Positions 1 through 8,791 of a DNA stretch of 20,000 nt are shown here, one piece after another. This DNA comes from an uncultured virus (IMG/VR IMGVR_UViG_3300025128_000024) (taxonomy: Duplodnaviria; Heunggongvirae; Uroviricota; Caudoviricetes). The stretch lies in the IMG/VR virus record IMGVR_UViG_3300025128_000024; one strand, written 5' to 3'. Positions within the stretch are counted from its first letter, which is position 1, and each line of letters begins with the position of its first letter. Under the pieces are notes generated by a model, which was given only the letters and a program-made list of their open reading frames with translations, did not search any database and was not told the origin of the DNA. The translations under genes and the position numbers were made by a program.

Positions 1-918
1 ACTACCAAGAGTCCACAATCTAATATTTGAGATCGCGCCATCTAGAGCAGATAGGTCAGCCAGTCTCATTTTTTCTAGCATGATTATATCATCAAGAATT
101 GCGTAGATCATAGGATTTGCCCAGACCTGCCAATCGTCTTTCTTGTAGTAGTGTACGGATAGTCTTTCTGGCTCTAGGGGTATTTCTTTGTCGCCATTTT
201 CTATAGACCTTCTGGCTGCCGGCGGCAGTGTCTTAAGTATTTCTTGAGGTATATGGCCCTTTTTGTACACATCTGATATAACGCTGTTTGATATACTAAA
301 TCTTTTTGAGCCAACAAATAAAGACAATCCACTTTCTTTCATGTTAACACTCATGGGATTAAAGAAGTTGTACCTAAAAGGTATTACATTTTTAGTTACA
401 TTTGGTAGTTCAACTTTAATATCATTTCCTACAGACTTCATAAACTTATTGAGTTCTGGAGTAATACTAGCATTGCTTCTGTATACAATGACGTTGCCTG
501 TTCTATATAAATTATTCAGGAACCGTTCTGATCTTTCTTTGCCGTCAACCTTTTTAAACCATTGTTTGAAGAATTTCTCTGCAGTTCTGTCAGCATGAAC
601 AAGGCTAATTCCCTGACTACCAAAGTCTCCCATCAAATCAACTATGTTTCTGATTATTCCAACTTTGTCATATGCATCCATACACATTTTAATAATGCGC
701 TTTTGATTGCTTGGTACGCGCTCGCCCTCTCTAAAGGCATAGTAGTCTCTTTTGGTAAACTGTGGCCTTACAGATCTGTTTGGCTCTATATTAAGAAAAT
801 CTCTATGATATGCAGCACTTTTACCTAAACCACCATAAGAATCAATGTTTTCGCTGTAAGAAGCAAACGCACTTTGTCTGTCTTCATCACCTGACCACGT
901 AATCATATCTTCGCTCAT
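1..918 (-). CDS. Probable phage portal protein, N-terminal 306 aa (runs off the window; absent from the ORF track)
   Basis: Manual translation from ATG at 918 (AGAGG RBS upstream) stays open to base 1: MSEDMITWSGDEDRQ...MCMDAYDKVGIIRNIVDLMGDFGSQGI...ERFLNNLYRTGNVIVY...HYYKKDDWQVWANPMIYAILDDIIMLEKMRLADLSALDGAISNIRLWTLGS. It lies immediately downstream of the large terminase and has a portal-like pattern. Confidence 0.75.
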   Translation of the reverse strand, partial: MSEDMITWSGDEDRQSAFASYSENIDSYGGLGKSAAYHRDFLNIEPNRSVRPQFTKRDYYAFREGERVPSNQKRIIKMCMDAYDKVGIIRNIVDLMGDFGSQGISLVHADRTAEKFFKQWFKKVDGKERSERFLNNLYRTGNVIVYRSNASITPELNKFMKSVGNDIKVELPNVTKNVIPFRYNFFNPMSVNMKESGLSLFVGSKRFSISNSVISDVYKKGHIPQEILKTLPPAARRSIENGDKEIPLEPERLSVHYYKKDDWQVWANPMIYAILDDIIMLEKMRLADLSALDGAISNIRLWTLGS

Positions 919-966
919 TTTATGCCTCTGTATCTTCAATTGGAATGTTAATTGGAATGGTTACAA

Positions 967-976
967 TATTATACAC
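967..976 (-). promoter_or_regulatory. Candidate late-promoter motif GTGTATAATA
   Basis: Identical 10-mer at 7951-7960 (minus strand) and a 1-mismatch copy at 19676-19685 (plus strand). All three are intergenic and just upstream of genes. Confidence 0.5.
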
Positions 977-979
977 AAA

Positions 980-2968
980 TTAATAAACATCTTTCATATT
1001 CTCAGTAAACCAGTTTGGCCCGGTAAACATAGTTTCGCTACCTTTTCTCTGTATGCCGTCCATCGTAGCGAACCCGCCATAGAAATTGTATTCCTGTGGG
1101 GTTGGTGCTCTCATGATACCTCTAGCTGCCATGTTAGCCATAATTAAAGCTGAGTAGCGGTCTTTCCGCATTTTGCTTTTCTTACCAGCTCCTACAACTA
1201 CTTCTGGTGTATCCCATCTATCTCTGCCACTTGCAGTTTGTGTCATTTGTATCATAGCCAACTCGTCCTTAAGCTCCTCGATGTCTAAAACGCACTCTTC
1301 AAGTGTATCGTATACTCTATTTTTTAATCCATCTTCTGCTGCTGATATACCAAGAGTTACGGGGTCAAAAAATGGAAACAACAAGGATTTGTCTTCAAAG
1401 TCTTTTCTTAAACTATGATTTGCTTCTGCTAGCCAGTCGTATTTAGCAAATTGACACATCTCTAATATGTGTAGACCCTTTTCATCGTCTGTGTCTTTGG
1501 CTTTGTTTTCATCTATCACGGGCCATATAGCAACTTCCCCATCTTTTATTTTATCATTATCATGCAGAGATTCCATCACGGCTATACCACCACCCTGCGC
1601 GTCCATTGCAATATGAACACATGGAAATAGTCTCATAAGATCTCTAATTTTTCTAGCACAGTAGGCATAGTAATCTGTTTCTGTAGAATAACCTTTTTTG
1701 ATTTTGTCTTTATGTTCTGATCTATTAGTCGTCCAGCAGTGCACAATTTTTCTGTGGTCTGAGTTTATCTCAATAACAACAATACTAAAATTGTCTACCT
1801 CGGATGCAGGGTCAACACCAAATACATATCTTTTATTTGGGTCTCCCATAAGTTTCGCTTCAAAATGTATCTCTTGCCCGTTAGAGTCTTTAAGTACATT
1901 GTCTATTGAAATAACGCAAGACTCTATAAGTGATCTCTTGAAAAACCCTTGACTATCTCTAGTGAAGCAAGCGCCGAACTCCATCTGATATATACCTGCG
2001 TGTACGGTAGCTTTGGATCTCGCAACCTGAGCAGCATCCATAAAGCCCTCTGGCAAAAGCTCATATGGTATTCTGATAATAGAGTACTGAGTCCAATCAA
2101 AACTTTTGGGAACTTCGTCTCCCCCAAAAACTTCTCTAAGTCTATCTTCTCTACCTTGGCTCTTTATGATTTGGCGCCACTTTTTCCAGTAGGTAGCAAA
2201 GTGATTAAAGTCATAATAAGCTGTACCAGAAAGAATGATTTGATTGTCTTTAAGCGATAGATCTTCTTCTTCTTTTTTATCTTCTTTTATATCTATGCCG
2301 AGCTCCTTGGCTCTTTTTTCTGCGGCTAGTCTTTTGACATTGTCAATTGGGTCTGCGCTAACTGCAGCAAAACCAGCAACAACATTTTCAAATATATCTC
2401 TAGGTATCGAGGCAAACTCGTCAGATATAATATCGTTAGCACGTTGACCACGAATCTTCTGCCCGTCACCTAGTGGCAGACATGTAACCGTGCTTTCATT
2501 GATTCTCATTACACACCTGTCAACATCTCGACGAGGCCCAGATGATCCGCTGCATATATCTCTAAGTATAGGTGCGTTTCTCCATATTGTCTCCATATAC
2601 TCAAACAAAACTTTAGACTGCCTAAACGCAGCACCTACGACAACTACTTTTCGTTTTGGTAGAAGTAAAGCCCTAAGCAAAGCATAGAGGGATAACATGA
2701 ACGACTTACCAAAACCACGACTGGCTATTAGCATTGGAAATTTTCTATTCCACATTTCACAAAGCATAAGCGCTTGAGATGGTAAGATTTGTATGTTGAG
2801 TATGTGTTTACAGAGAAATGAGAAGTACTCAGGCTTTGTCATTAGGTATACAAGTCTAAGGTGGTAATCATCGTCTTGAGTTTTAAGAATAGATGACGGG
2901 TTAAAAATATTTTTATCGTCTATATCTATTTTGAGCCAAGCTTCATTTATTTTTTTGAGTTCTGTCAT
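980..2968 (-). CDS. terL: Terminase large subunit
   Basis: 662 aa. Walker A-like ASRGFGKS, Walker B IISDE, motif IILSGT, RNase H-like nuclease motifs FGVDPAS, AMDAQGGG and KDRYSA. Confidence 0.9.
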   Translation of the reverse strand: MTELKKINEAWLKIDIDDKNIFNPSSILKTQDDDYHLRLVYLMTKPEYFSFLCKHILNIQILPSQALMLCEMWNRKFPMLIASRGFGKSFMLSLYALLRALLLPKRKVVVVGAAFRQSKVLFEYMETIWRNAPILRDICSGSSGPRRDVDRCVMRINESTVTCLPLGDGQKIRGQRANDIISDEFASIPRDIFENVVAGFAAVSADPIDNVKRLAAEKRAKELGIDIKEDKKEEEDLSLKDNQIILSGTAYYDFNHFATYWKKWRQIIKSQGREDRLREVFGGDEVPKSFDWTQYSIIRIPYELLPEGFMDAAQVARSKATVHAGIYQMEFGACFTRDSQGFFKRSLIESCVISIDNVLKDSNGQEIHFEAKLMGDPNKRYVFGVDPASEVDNFSIVVIEINSDHRKIVHCWTTNRSEHKDKIKKGYSTETDYYAYCARKIRDLMRLFPCVHIAMDAQGGGIAVMESLHDNDKIKDGEVAIWPVIDENKAKDTDDEKGLHILEMCQFAKYDWLAEANHSLRKDFEDKSLLFPFFDPVTLGISAAEDGLKNRVYDTLEECVLDIEELKDELAMIQMTQTASGRDRWDTPEVVVGAGKKSKMRKDRYSALIMANMAARGIMRAPTPQEYNFYGGFATMDGIQRKGSETMFTGPNWFTENMKDVY

Positions 2969-3609
2969 TTTAGACTGGTTATACTCCCATAGCTCCTATG
3001 CGTTATTACATCATCTGCGAAGCCATAGTATACAGACTCGTGAGAAGAAAGATACCAGTCGCCCGACTTAAGTTTTCTCTTTATGAAACCCTTAACTTTT
3101 TCTTCTGTCGGCTGCTTGTAGTGTTCTTTAAAGAACTTACCTTTTGTGCAGCTTGCGGCATAAATGTCTAACATATCCTCAAGTATCTTCTTTTCAAACT
3201 TAGCCCAGTTTTGTGTATCAAGATAGTTTCCTGCGTTTGCGCTACTACCGTAGTGACACATAAAATGTGCATTAGGCATCATTATTCTTTTGTCGGCAGC
3301 TTGCAGTATTATACTGCTCATAGATTCTGCTTGACCGTAAACTAGTATAGTTACGTAGGATCTTGAAATTTTGATAGCATCGTATATAGCCATTCCGTCG
3401 CCCCAGTTTCCACCAAGGCTGTGCATATGTATAATAATTGGTTCATTCTTTATTTGGTCTAAGTACCTAATATTTTTTATAAACGTTGTGGCCATTCTAT
3501 ACTCAACGCCCGGATCATCTTCAAATGCACCGTGTTGACCATGCAAGAATATCTCTCTATTCTTGACATCTATATTTTGACCATGTATATCGTCTATTAC
3601 ATTGTTCAT
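2965..3609 (-). CDS. ClpP-like serine protease (S14 family)
   Basis: REIFL, HSLGG (cf. SPGG), GQAESMSS (catalytic Ser), R-x-MMPNAHFMCH (His), GDWYLS (Asp) and YGFAD. The triad appears intact. Confidence 0.85.
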   Translation of the reverse strand: MNNVIDDIHGQNIDVKNREIFLHGQHGAFEDDPGVEYRMATTFIKNIRYLDQIKNEPIIIHMHSLGGNWGDGMAIYDAIKISRSYVTILVYGQAESMSSIILQAADKRIMMPNAHFMCHYGSSANAGNYLDTQNWAKFEKKILEDMLDIYAASCTKGKFFKEHYKQPTEEKVKGFIKRKLKSGDWYLSSHESVYYGFADDVITHRSYGSITSLK

Positions 3610-4097
3610 TAGTTATACATCTCGTTTAGTCTTTTGAATAAACTGGACAGAGTTAAGAAAGCATTATACTTATCACCACAAAACATTATATGTATATCTC
3701 TCTGAAGTTGAAACTCCATTAACATTTTTAACATATACTTTCCGCTAATACGTACTTTCTTTTTTTGCGATTCCGGTATCCTAGTATTGTCTGGAAACTC
3801 TACCAAATCCTTAAGTGTAAATTCTAATAATATAAACTTATGTTTGAAAGGCCTCATACGTTCTATTTCGTTCATGAACGCATGTTTCTTTTGTCCTAAG
3901 TTTGCAGCTAGTTCTTCAGGTGAAGCTTTTCTTTCTATGCAGACTTTTTCCTCTAGACCTACTATGGTATAGTCGCCAGTATCAAGCTTCTGTACTATCA
4001 TCCCTTCGCACTTATCGTAATTGCTGAAGTGATAACCTTCTTGCTCTCTAGTATCTTTTATAACTGTAAAGTTAGGAACTTTTTTTGTCATTGTCAT
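3609..4097 (-). CDS. ERCC4/XPF-Mus81-family nuclease (stand-alone domain)
   Basis: IKDTREQ...LDTGDY...CIERKAS motifs are typical of ERCC4 domains. The start could be 4091. Confidence 0.8.
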   Translation of the reverse strand: MTMTKKVPNFTVIKDTREQEGYHFSNYDKCEGMIVQKLDTGDYTIVGLEEKVCIERKASPEELAANLGQKKHAFMNEIERMRPFKHKFILLEFTLKDLVEFPDNTRIPESQKKKVRISGKYMLKMLMEFQLQRDIHIMFCGDKYNAFLTLSSLFKRLNEMYN

Positions 4098-4347
4098 GTA
4101 CTATCTGTGAAAATAATGATTGGTAGGCGTGCTCATGTCCAGTTATTCTTTCATGGCATGAGCGACATAAAGTTATGCCGTTGTCAACATCATATCTCAA
4201 GATAGCGGCACTCGACCATTTTTTTATGTGGTGAGCTTGTAGTCTATATTTTGAAGTACATCCCGGCATCTGACACCGGAACTTATCTCTGCTATAAACT
4301 TTTTTTCTCCAGTCTTTATAAACTGGATCGTCATAATTTCTTCTCAT
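4072..4347 (-). CDS. HNH endonuclease
   Basis: RDKFRCQMPGC...AHHIKKW...DVDNGITLCRSCH: HNH motif plus Zn-binding cysteines. Confidence 0.9.
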   Translation of the reverse strand: MRRNYDDPVYKDWRKKVYSRDKFRCQMPGCTSKYRLQAHHIKKWSSAAILRYDVDNGITLCRSCHERITGHEHAYQSLFSQIVHDNDKKSS

Positions 4348-4592
4348 TTTGCTTTCGCTGAAATAACTCTTATATCTCTCTTGATCTCTTTACATAGAGA
4401 CCTAGCCTCTTTAGAGTCATCCTGATCTAAAATAAGCTTTAGTAATTTATATATAGCTGTATAACACGCTCCGTCTGGATCGTCAGCTTCTACAAAAATT
4501 ATTGGATACTCAGAGTTATATTCATATATTCTATATTTACTAAGTCTTGATACGACTAATGACATATCAAGATAAACTTTGTATATTTTCAT
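4344..4592 (-). CDS. Hypothetical protein, 82 aa
   Basis: Overlaps both neighbours in the same operon; no recognisable motif. Confidence 0.7.
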   Translation of the reverse strand: MKIYKVYLDMSLVVSRLSKYRIYEYNSEYPIIFVEADDPDGACYTAIYKLLKLILDQDDSKEARSLCKEIKRDIRVISAKAK

Positions 4593-5679
4593 TTACGTCG
4601 TGTTTCATCATGATGTTAACTAGACCGTTTAAATCATTCTTTGGAGTCCATCCCAGTTTGAGTTTTGCTTTTTCGGAACTACCTCTTAGGTAATCTACCT
4701 CAGCTGGTCTGTAAAATTCCGGGTCAACTACAACGTGCTGCTCCCAGTCTTCAATCCCTACATATGCAAATGATCTTTCTAAAAATTGTCGAATGGTGTA
4801 TGTGTTTCCTGTACATATTACATAATCATCTGGATCTTCCTGTTGCATCATAATCCACATGGCCTCTACATAATCACCAGCGTAACCCCAGTCGCGACAC
4901 GCATCTAAGTTACCCAATCGGAGTTTCGGAAATTTTATATTTTCACCTTCTGACACTTTTGGATGTATGTGGATGTCGTCTTTAGAAAAAGTCATGGCGG
5001 GCTCATACGTGCTTTCCCATTCTTTTTCATTATCAGCGACATACTTCTTCCATCTCACAAAATCGCCAATCCACTTAGTAATTTTTCGAGTCACAAAGTT
5101 TTCTCCACGACGTTCTCCTTCGTGGTTAAATAAGATTCCGGCACTTGCATGTAAGCCGTAGGCTTCACGATATAATCTTACTGCATAGTGGGCTGCACAT
5201 TTAGCTATGGCATATGGTGATTGTGGCAGAAATTTAGTTTCTTCATTTTGATATTTTTCACCATTGTCTGGATTGACATCATATGAATCACCAAACATCT
5301 CACTTGATGATGCTTGATAGAATCTACAATGTAGACCTAGATCCACAATTGCTTGTAATATGTTTAAGACTCCTTTGCCCGTAATATCCCATGTGAGACC
5401 GGGTTGCTTAAAAGATATGCCTACATGCGATTGTGCTGCTAAATTGTAGACTTCATCTACTTCGTTATTACTCGATAAAATGTTCATGACGCTACTGACA
5501 TCAGTTATATCTCCATGAACTATGTCGAATCTGTCATTCCCAATTAGATGCTTGACTCTCTCAGTCGTGTCTACGCTGCTGCGACGAGCTACACCTACGA
5601 CTTCATAATCTTTAGATATTAGTAAATCTGCAAGATGGCTTCCGTCCTGTCCGGTTACTCCGAATATAATCGCTTTCAT
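4567..5679 (-). CDS. gmd: GDP-mannose 4,6-dehydratase
   Basis: GVTGQDGSHL, YNLAAQSHV, FYQASSSEMFG, SPYAIAK (YxxxK), GILFNHE, FVTRKIT, LGNLDACRDWG, RPAEVD. Confidence 0.95.
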   Translation of the reverse strand: MKAIIFGVTGQDGSHLADLLISKDYEVVGVARRSSVDTTERVKHLIGNDRFDIVHGDITDVSSVMNILSSNNEVDEVYNLAAQSHVGISFKQPGLTWDITGKGVLNILQAIVDLGLHCRFYQASSSEMFGDSYDVNPDNGEKYQNEETKFLPQSPYAIAKCAAHYAVRLYREAYGLHASAGILFNHEGERRGENFVTRKITKWIGDFVRWKKYVADNEKEWESTYEPAMTFSKDDIHIHPKVSEGENIKFPKLRLGNLDACRDWGYAGDYVEAMWIMMQQEDPDDYVICTGNTYTIRQFLERSFAYVGIEDWEQHVVVDPEFYRPAEVDYLRGSSEKAKLKLGWTPKNDLNGLVNIMMKHDVNENIQSLS

Positions 5680-5683
5680 TTAT

Positions 5684-6475
5684 TTAATCCTTAACTGTAT
5701 CTGGTGTTAGGAACGGTTGATCCACTTGACCGTCCTCGTATTTATGAAAAACGCTGAGCCGCTCCTTCTCTTGTTCCATAGCTAATCGCATTTTTTCCAT
5801 CTCCATTCCATACTGTCGGGTTACAGCAGGATTTTGCATGAGATGAGCTACCCAGCCCGTAAAAGTTTGTTTTGAATCTTCAAGACGCTTGATTCTCTGC
5901 TCTCGCGTCCCCTTCATTTCTTTCAACATAGAGCTCTTCTTGGTTTGGAGATCTCTGTAGTCTCTGTTCATAGATTCCTGTGCGGCTCTGAGAGACGCTA
6001 TCTGACGATCTAGATTGAATATGACCTCCTTGTCCTGATGTTCCGGTTCCGCCTGCCTCTCGACCTGCAGGAGCCCTTCAAATGCATTTATCTGATCTAT
6101 GTTCTCTTTATTCTGCTTGAGGCACCTGTTCATTAACATCTCTAACTTGATCACGTCCACAACTTGCAACTCTTCGGTTGGAAACACATCATCTTTGAAC
6201 TGATTAATGATTCTGCTCCAGTGATACTTGAAAAGTTCCAACTCATCCTCAGTAAATTGCTGCTCAAGCTCTATCCAGTAAGGACGCTCTTCTAGTTCGT
6301 AAGCGGCCTGCTCAAACTCAGAAAGCCCCATCTTTAAGTTCTTTTTAAGAAAGTTCTCAATCATGGATGGATTACGATCCAGATTCTCAGCTATGTCTTC
6401 GACTGAGATACTGCTTGCGTTATCTGTAATATAGCGGGTTTCTTCGTTAGATAGTCTACCCCTCTTCATACCCAT
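5684..6475 (-). CDS. N-terminal HTH-like + coiled-coil protein; candidate terminase small subunit
   Basis: N-terminus GRLSNEE...SVEDIAENLDRNPSMIENFLKK is HTH-like and is followed by long helical/coiled-coil segments. Same operon as terL. Confidence 0.5.
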   Translation of the reverse strand: MGMKRGRLSNEETRYITDNASSISVEDIAENLDRNPSMIENFLKKNLKMGLSEFEQAAYELEERPYWIELEQQFTEDELELFKYHWSRIINQFKDDVFPTEELQVVDVIKLEMLMNRCLKQNKENIDQINAFEGLLQVERQAEPEHQDKEVIFNLDRQIASLRAAQESMNRDYRDLQTKKSSMLKEMKGTREQRIKRLEDSKQTFTGWVAHLMQNPAVTRQYGMEMEKMRLAMEQEKERLSVFHKYEDGQVDQPFLTPDTVKD

Positions 6476-6956
6476 GTTCCTCTAATATTGTTTGTATAAT
6501 AAATAATACTTCCTCTTTCTTCTTTTTAGGTACATATACGTCATTTATAATCTTGAGGTAGTCTGCTCTATAGTGTGCGGGTAATTTTATGTCTAATACC
6601 TTCTGCATTTGTTTATAATCTAGGTCTGCTATGTATTCTTCTCTGGTATCTAGTAAATATTCCTCGTTTGCTAGTTGTCCGGGCATGACGATCTTTGCTT
6701 TTTCATCTTCGTTAGCCTGAAAGTGGTTATCTCGTACAAAATTCTTTAGTCTATTGGATAAATGTACCGATAAGAAGTTTTCTAGTGGTCTTTTGGAATC
6801 ATATCTAGGTAGTGCTTCCATGCAGATGATAAATGCTTCTTGTTTGAGGTCATTTGGTTGGTATCCATAGAACGTGTACTTAGGGGCGATTCTATTTACA
6901 ACCACATTTATTTGTTTAATTACCTCATCTTTTGTCATGTTACTGGGGATATGCAT
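6456..6956 (-). CDS. Short sigma70 region-2-like protein (putative phage sigma factor), ~166 aa
   Basis: IAPKY...NDLKQEAFIICMEALPRYDSKRPLENFLSVHLSNRLKNFVRD matches the sigma region 2 pattern. ATG at 6956 has a GAGG RBS and overlaps the upstream stop, so it is preferred over 6989. Confidence 0.7.
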   Translation of the reverse strand: MHIPSNMTKDEVIKQINVVVNRIAPKYTFYGYQPNDLKQEAFIICMEALPRYDSKRPLENFLSVHLSNRLKNFVRDNHFQANEDEKAKIVMPGQLANEEYLLDTREEYIADLDYKQMQKVLDIKLPAHYRADYLKIINDVYVPKKKKEEVLFIIQTILEEHGYEEG

Positions 6957-7771
6957 TAATCTTCCTCGTATTCCTTTAGAGTTACCCATTTTTCCCCATT
7001 ATAAAATTGTAAGCATCTTTTTTCGGTGTTGTATATGATCATACCCTGCTGTGCGGGAGGTTTTGTGTCTTCATCGTAGTTATCTGGTGCTGCTCGTAGC
7101 ACAGGAGCCGAGACTACGGAGTCTTTTCGTGTGAGATCAATGCGGCGAGCCTTGAATGGTAGCTGTTTTTGTGTCTTTGTAAGAGAATCTATGGATAAAT
7201 TCTCAAGATCGTACATTTCTATGAGTTCTTCTCGGTCAATAGACTGAATAATGTCGTCTTTTCTTCCCAACAGTGTGTCTTCTTCCATATGTACCGGAGT
7301 GAGACGTTGAGATTCCATAGTTGCGACTATAGAGTAGGGGGCGGCGGTGGCTTCTCTGAGTTCTTGAGGGCTTACTGACTGTATTTTAAGTAAACTATCT
7401 CTTTTGAAACGTATACCTTTAGCTTCAGGTCTGTAATATCCGGGTTCTCCACCGTTGAAGTACCGAACTGGAGTCTCTCTAACTAAAGAAACTAGTGAAT
7501 TTTCTTTTTCTAGGTATCCGATACCCTTTTCCCAGCTAACCAGCTGTTTATTATTGTGTTCTTCTATCTGGTAGTAGAATCTGCTTTCAAATCCAATCAC
7601 ATTTTCTAAACATGTAATTTCATTGCAGGCTGCATCCCACCTTTCGTCTCCACATTCAAACGTGTCGTGGCAATGTAGGAACACTCTACCAGTTCTTGCG
7701 TGGTCGGGTATTGAGTATCCGAAATTTAAACCACCGTGTAGGTATCTACTCTGTTTCTCTTTCTTCACCAT
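6956..7771 (-). CDS. Hypothetical, possibly virion-associated protein
   Basis: 271 aa. C-terminal PAQQGMIIYNTEKRCLQFYNGEKW resembles the G-x-I-x-YNT...Y-x-G-x-x-W module of phage fibre/structural proteins. Confidence 0.55.
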   Translation of the reverse strand: MVKKEKQSRYLHGGLNFGYSIPDHARTGRVFLHCHDTFECGDERWDAACNEITCLENVIGFESRFYYQIEEHNNKQLVSWEKGIGYLEKENSLVSLVRETPVRYFNGGEPGYYRPEAKGIRFKRDSLLKIQSVSPQELREATAAPYSIVATMESQRLTPVHMEEDTLLGRKDDIIQSIDREELIEMYDLENLSIDSLTKTQKQLPFKARRIDLTRKDSVVSAPVLRAAPDNYDEDTKPPAQQGMIIYNTEKRCLQFYNGEKWVTLKEYEED

Positions 7772-7928
7772 CTTCGTCTCTCTCTAGAAGTTCTGATAGC
7801 GACTTATCCTCAGCCATCAACTCATCAACAATCTGACTGTTTAGCTCTGCTGTTGCCTTGCAATGCAATTCAGAATCAACCTTGTCGCATTTATCTTTAT
7901 TATTAGTCATTTTCTGTACCTTTTCCAT
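7746..7928 (-). CDS. Small acidic hypothetical protein; first gene of the leftward operon
   Basis: 60 aa ORF overlapping the next gene. Alternative start at 7910 has an AAAGG RBS. Confidence 0.6.
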   Translation of the reverse strand: MEKVQKMTNNKDKCDKVDSELHCKATAELNSQIVDELMAEDKSLSELLERDEDGEERETE

Positions 7929-7950
7929 TTCTATATCAATCTAACTGTTA

Positions 7951-7960
7951 TATTATACAC
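7951..7960 (-). promoter_or_regulatory. Candidate late-promoter motif GTGTATAATA heading the packaging operon
   Basis: Exact match to 967-976. No -35 hexamer evident. Confidence 0.5.
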
Positions 7961-8087
7961 TCATACACTACTAAAAGACACAGGAACTTTCAAAAACGTG
8001 CGAATCTGAAGGGGCGAGTGGGGAGGATTGGGTAATACATTTGTATTGATTTGTCTGAATTGTGTTTGAACCACCCCGACTTTTTAA

Positions 8088-8102
8088 TGAGAATGAGTCT
8101 CA
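8088..8102. promoter_or_regulatory. 7-1-7 palindromic operator (Fur-box-like), copy 1
   Basis: TGAGAAT-G-AGTCTCA followed by ATAAG. Confidence 0.6.
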
Positions 8103-8185
8103 ATAAGCTTTGAAGATAAAAGTGGGTGTACTATCTAAATTATCAGGGTCAATAGATAGAGTTTACGCGACAAGTCAAAATTCAA

Positions 8186-8229
8186 GAGAAATGCAGGGGG
8201 CTTTTTTTTACTAATGAGACTAAGTATCA
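8186..8229. repeat. Partial A-tract/GC-core/T-tract cassette plus palindromic operator copy 2 (8215-8229)
   Basis: GAGAAATGCAGGGGGCTTTTTTTT, then TGAGACT-A-AGTATCA-ATAA. Confidence 0.55.
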
Positions 8230-8283
8230 ATAACACACTAAGAAAATAAATAGAATTATTCTGAGATTATTGTTAAGTATCTA

Positions 8284-8312
8284 TTGACAAATGACGATAT
8301 ATATGATATACT
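8284..8312 (+). promoter_or_regulatory. Sigma70 early promoter (CGATA class)
   Basis: TTGACA-aatgaCGATAtatatga (17)-TATACT. Confidence 0.85.
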
Positions 8313-8342
8313 TAGTATATAACAATTAAGAAAGGTTACAAC

Positions 8343-8447
8343 ATGTTTGACAAAGTAATAGACACAATCGGCAAGACAACCTTAGTAATAATTATTACAT
8401 ATGCAATCTACTTTTATGGTACAGAATTAATTAAGATTATTTCTTAA
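8343..8447 (+). CDS. 34-aa single-TM peptide
   Basis: MFDKVIDTIGKTTLVIIITYAIYFYGTELIKIIS, with its own promoter and an AAAGG RBS. Confidence 0.65.
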   Translation: MFDKVIDTIGKTTLVIIITYAIYFYGTELIKIIS

Positions 8448-8464
8448 AAAAGTTCTAAAGTCTA

Positions 8465-8492
8465 TTGACATTTATAGCCGATAGTATATAAT
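8465..8492 (+). promoter_or_regulatory. Sigma70 early promoter (CGATA class)
   Basis: TTGACA-16 nt containing GCCGATA-TATAAT. Confidence 0.85.
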
Positions 8493-8530
8493 AGAGACAT
8501 AACAAACAACGTTCTTGAAAGGAACACAAC

Positions 8531-8719
8531 ATGAAGATTACTAAAGTAGGCACAAAGAGCCAAGCTAAACTAGAACTGTTCAAGATTGATCGTCGGATCG
8601 AAAAGAAGATTGAACAACACGTTAACGAGTTGGGTAAACACAATACCGACATTGTTGAACGTGAACTAGAACAGCTTTGGGCTAAGAAAAGTATTTTAGT
8701 TTCTTACATAAATAGTTAA
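8531..8719 (+). CDS. Hypothetical early protein, 62 aa, helical
   Basis: Own promoter and AAAGGA RBS. Confidence 0.75.
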   Translation: MKITKVGTKSQAKLELFKIDRRIEKKIEQHVNELGKHNTDIVERELEQLWAKKSILVSYINS

Positions 8720-8728
8720 AGATTACCC

Positions 8729-8757
8729 TTGACAAATGCCGATATATATAATATAAT
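8729..8757 (+). promoter_or_regulatory. Sigma70 early promoter (CGATA class)
   Basis: TTGACA-aatgcCGATAtatataa (17)-TATAAT. Confidence 0.9.
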
Positions 8758-8791
8758 AAGAGCATAACAAGTTAACAACAAAGGATATAAG

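Noticed and set aside
263..5161. Plus-strand ORFs in the track (263, 562, 1173, 1698, 1949, 2244, 2490, 3787, 4665, 4967) and the minus-strand 1924-2127 ORF
   Set aside because: Shadow or alternate frames overlapping well-supported minus-strand genes (portal, terL, ERCC4, gmd); no recognisable motifs.
8010..8032. G-quadruplex-like run GGGG-CGAGT-GGGG-A-GG-ATT-GGG
   Set aside because: One tract has only two G, it occurs once, and there is no independent support.
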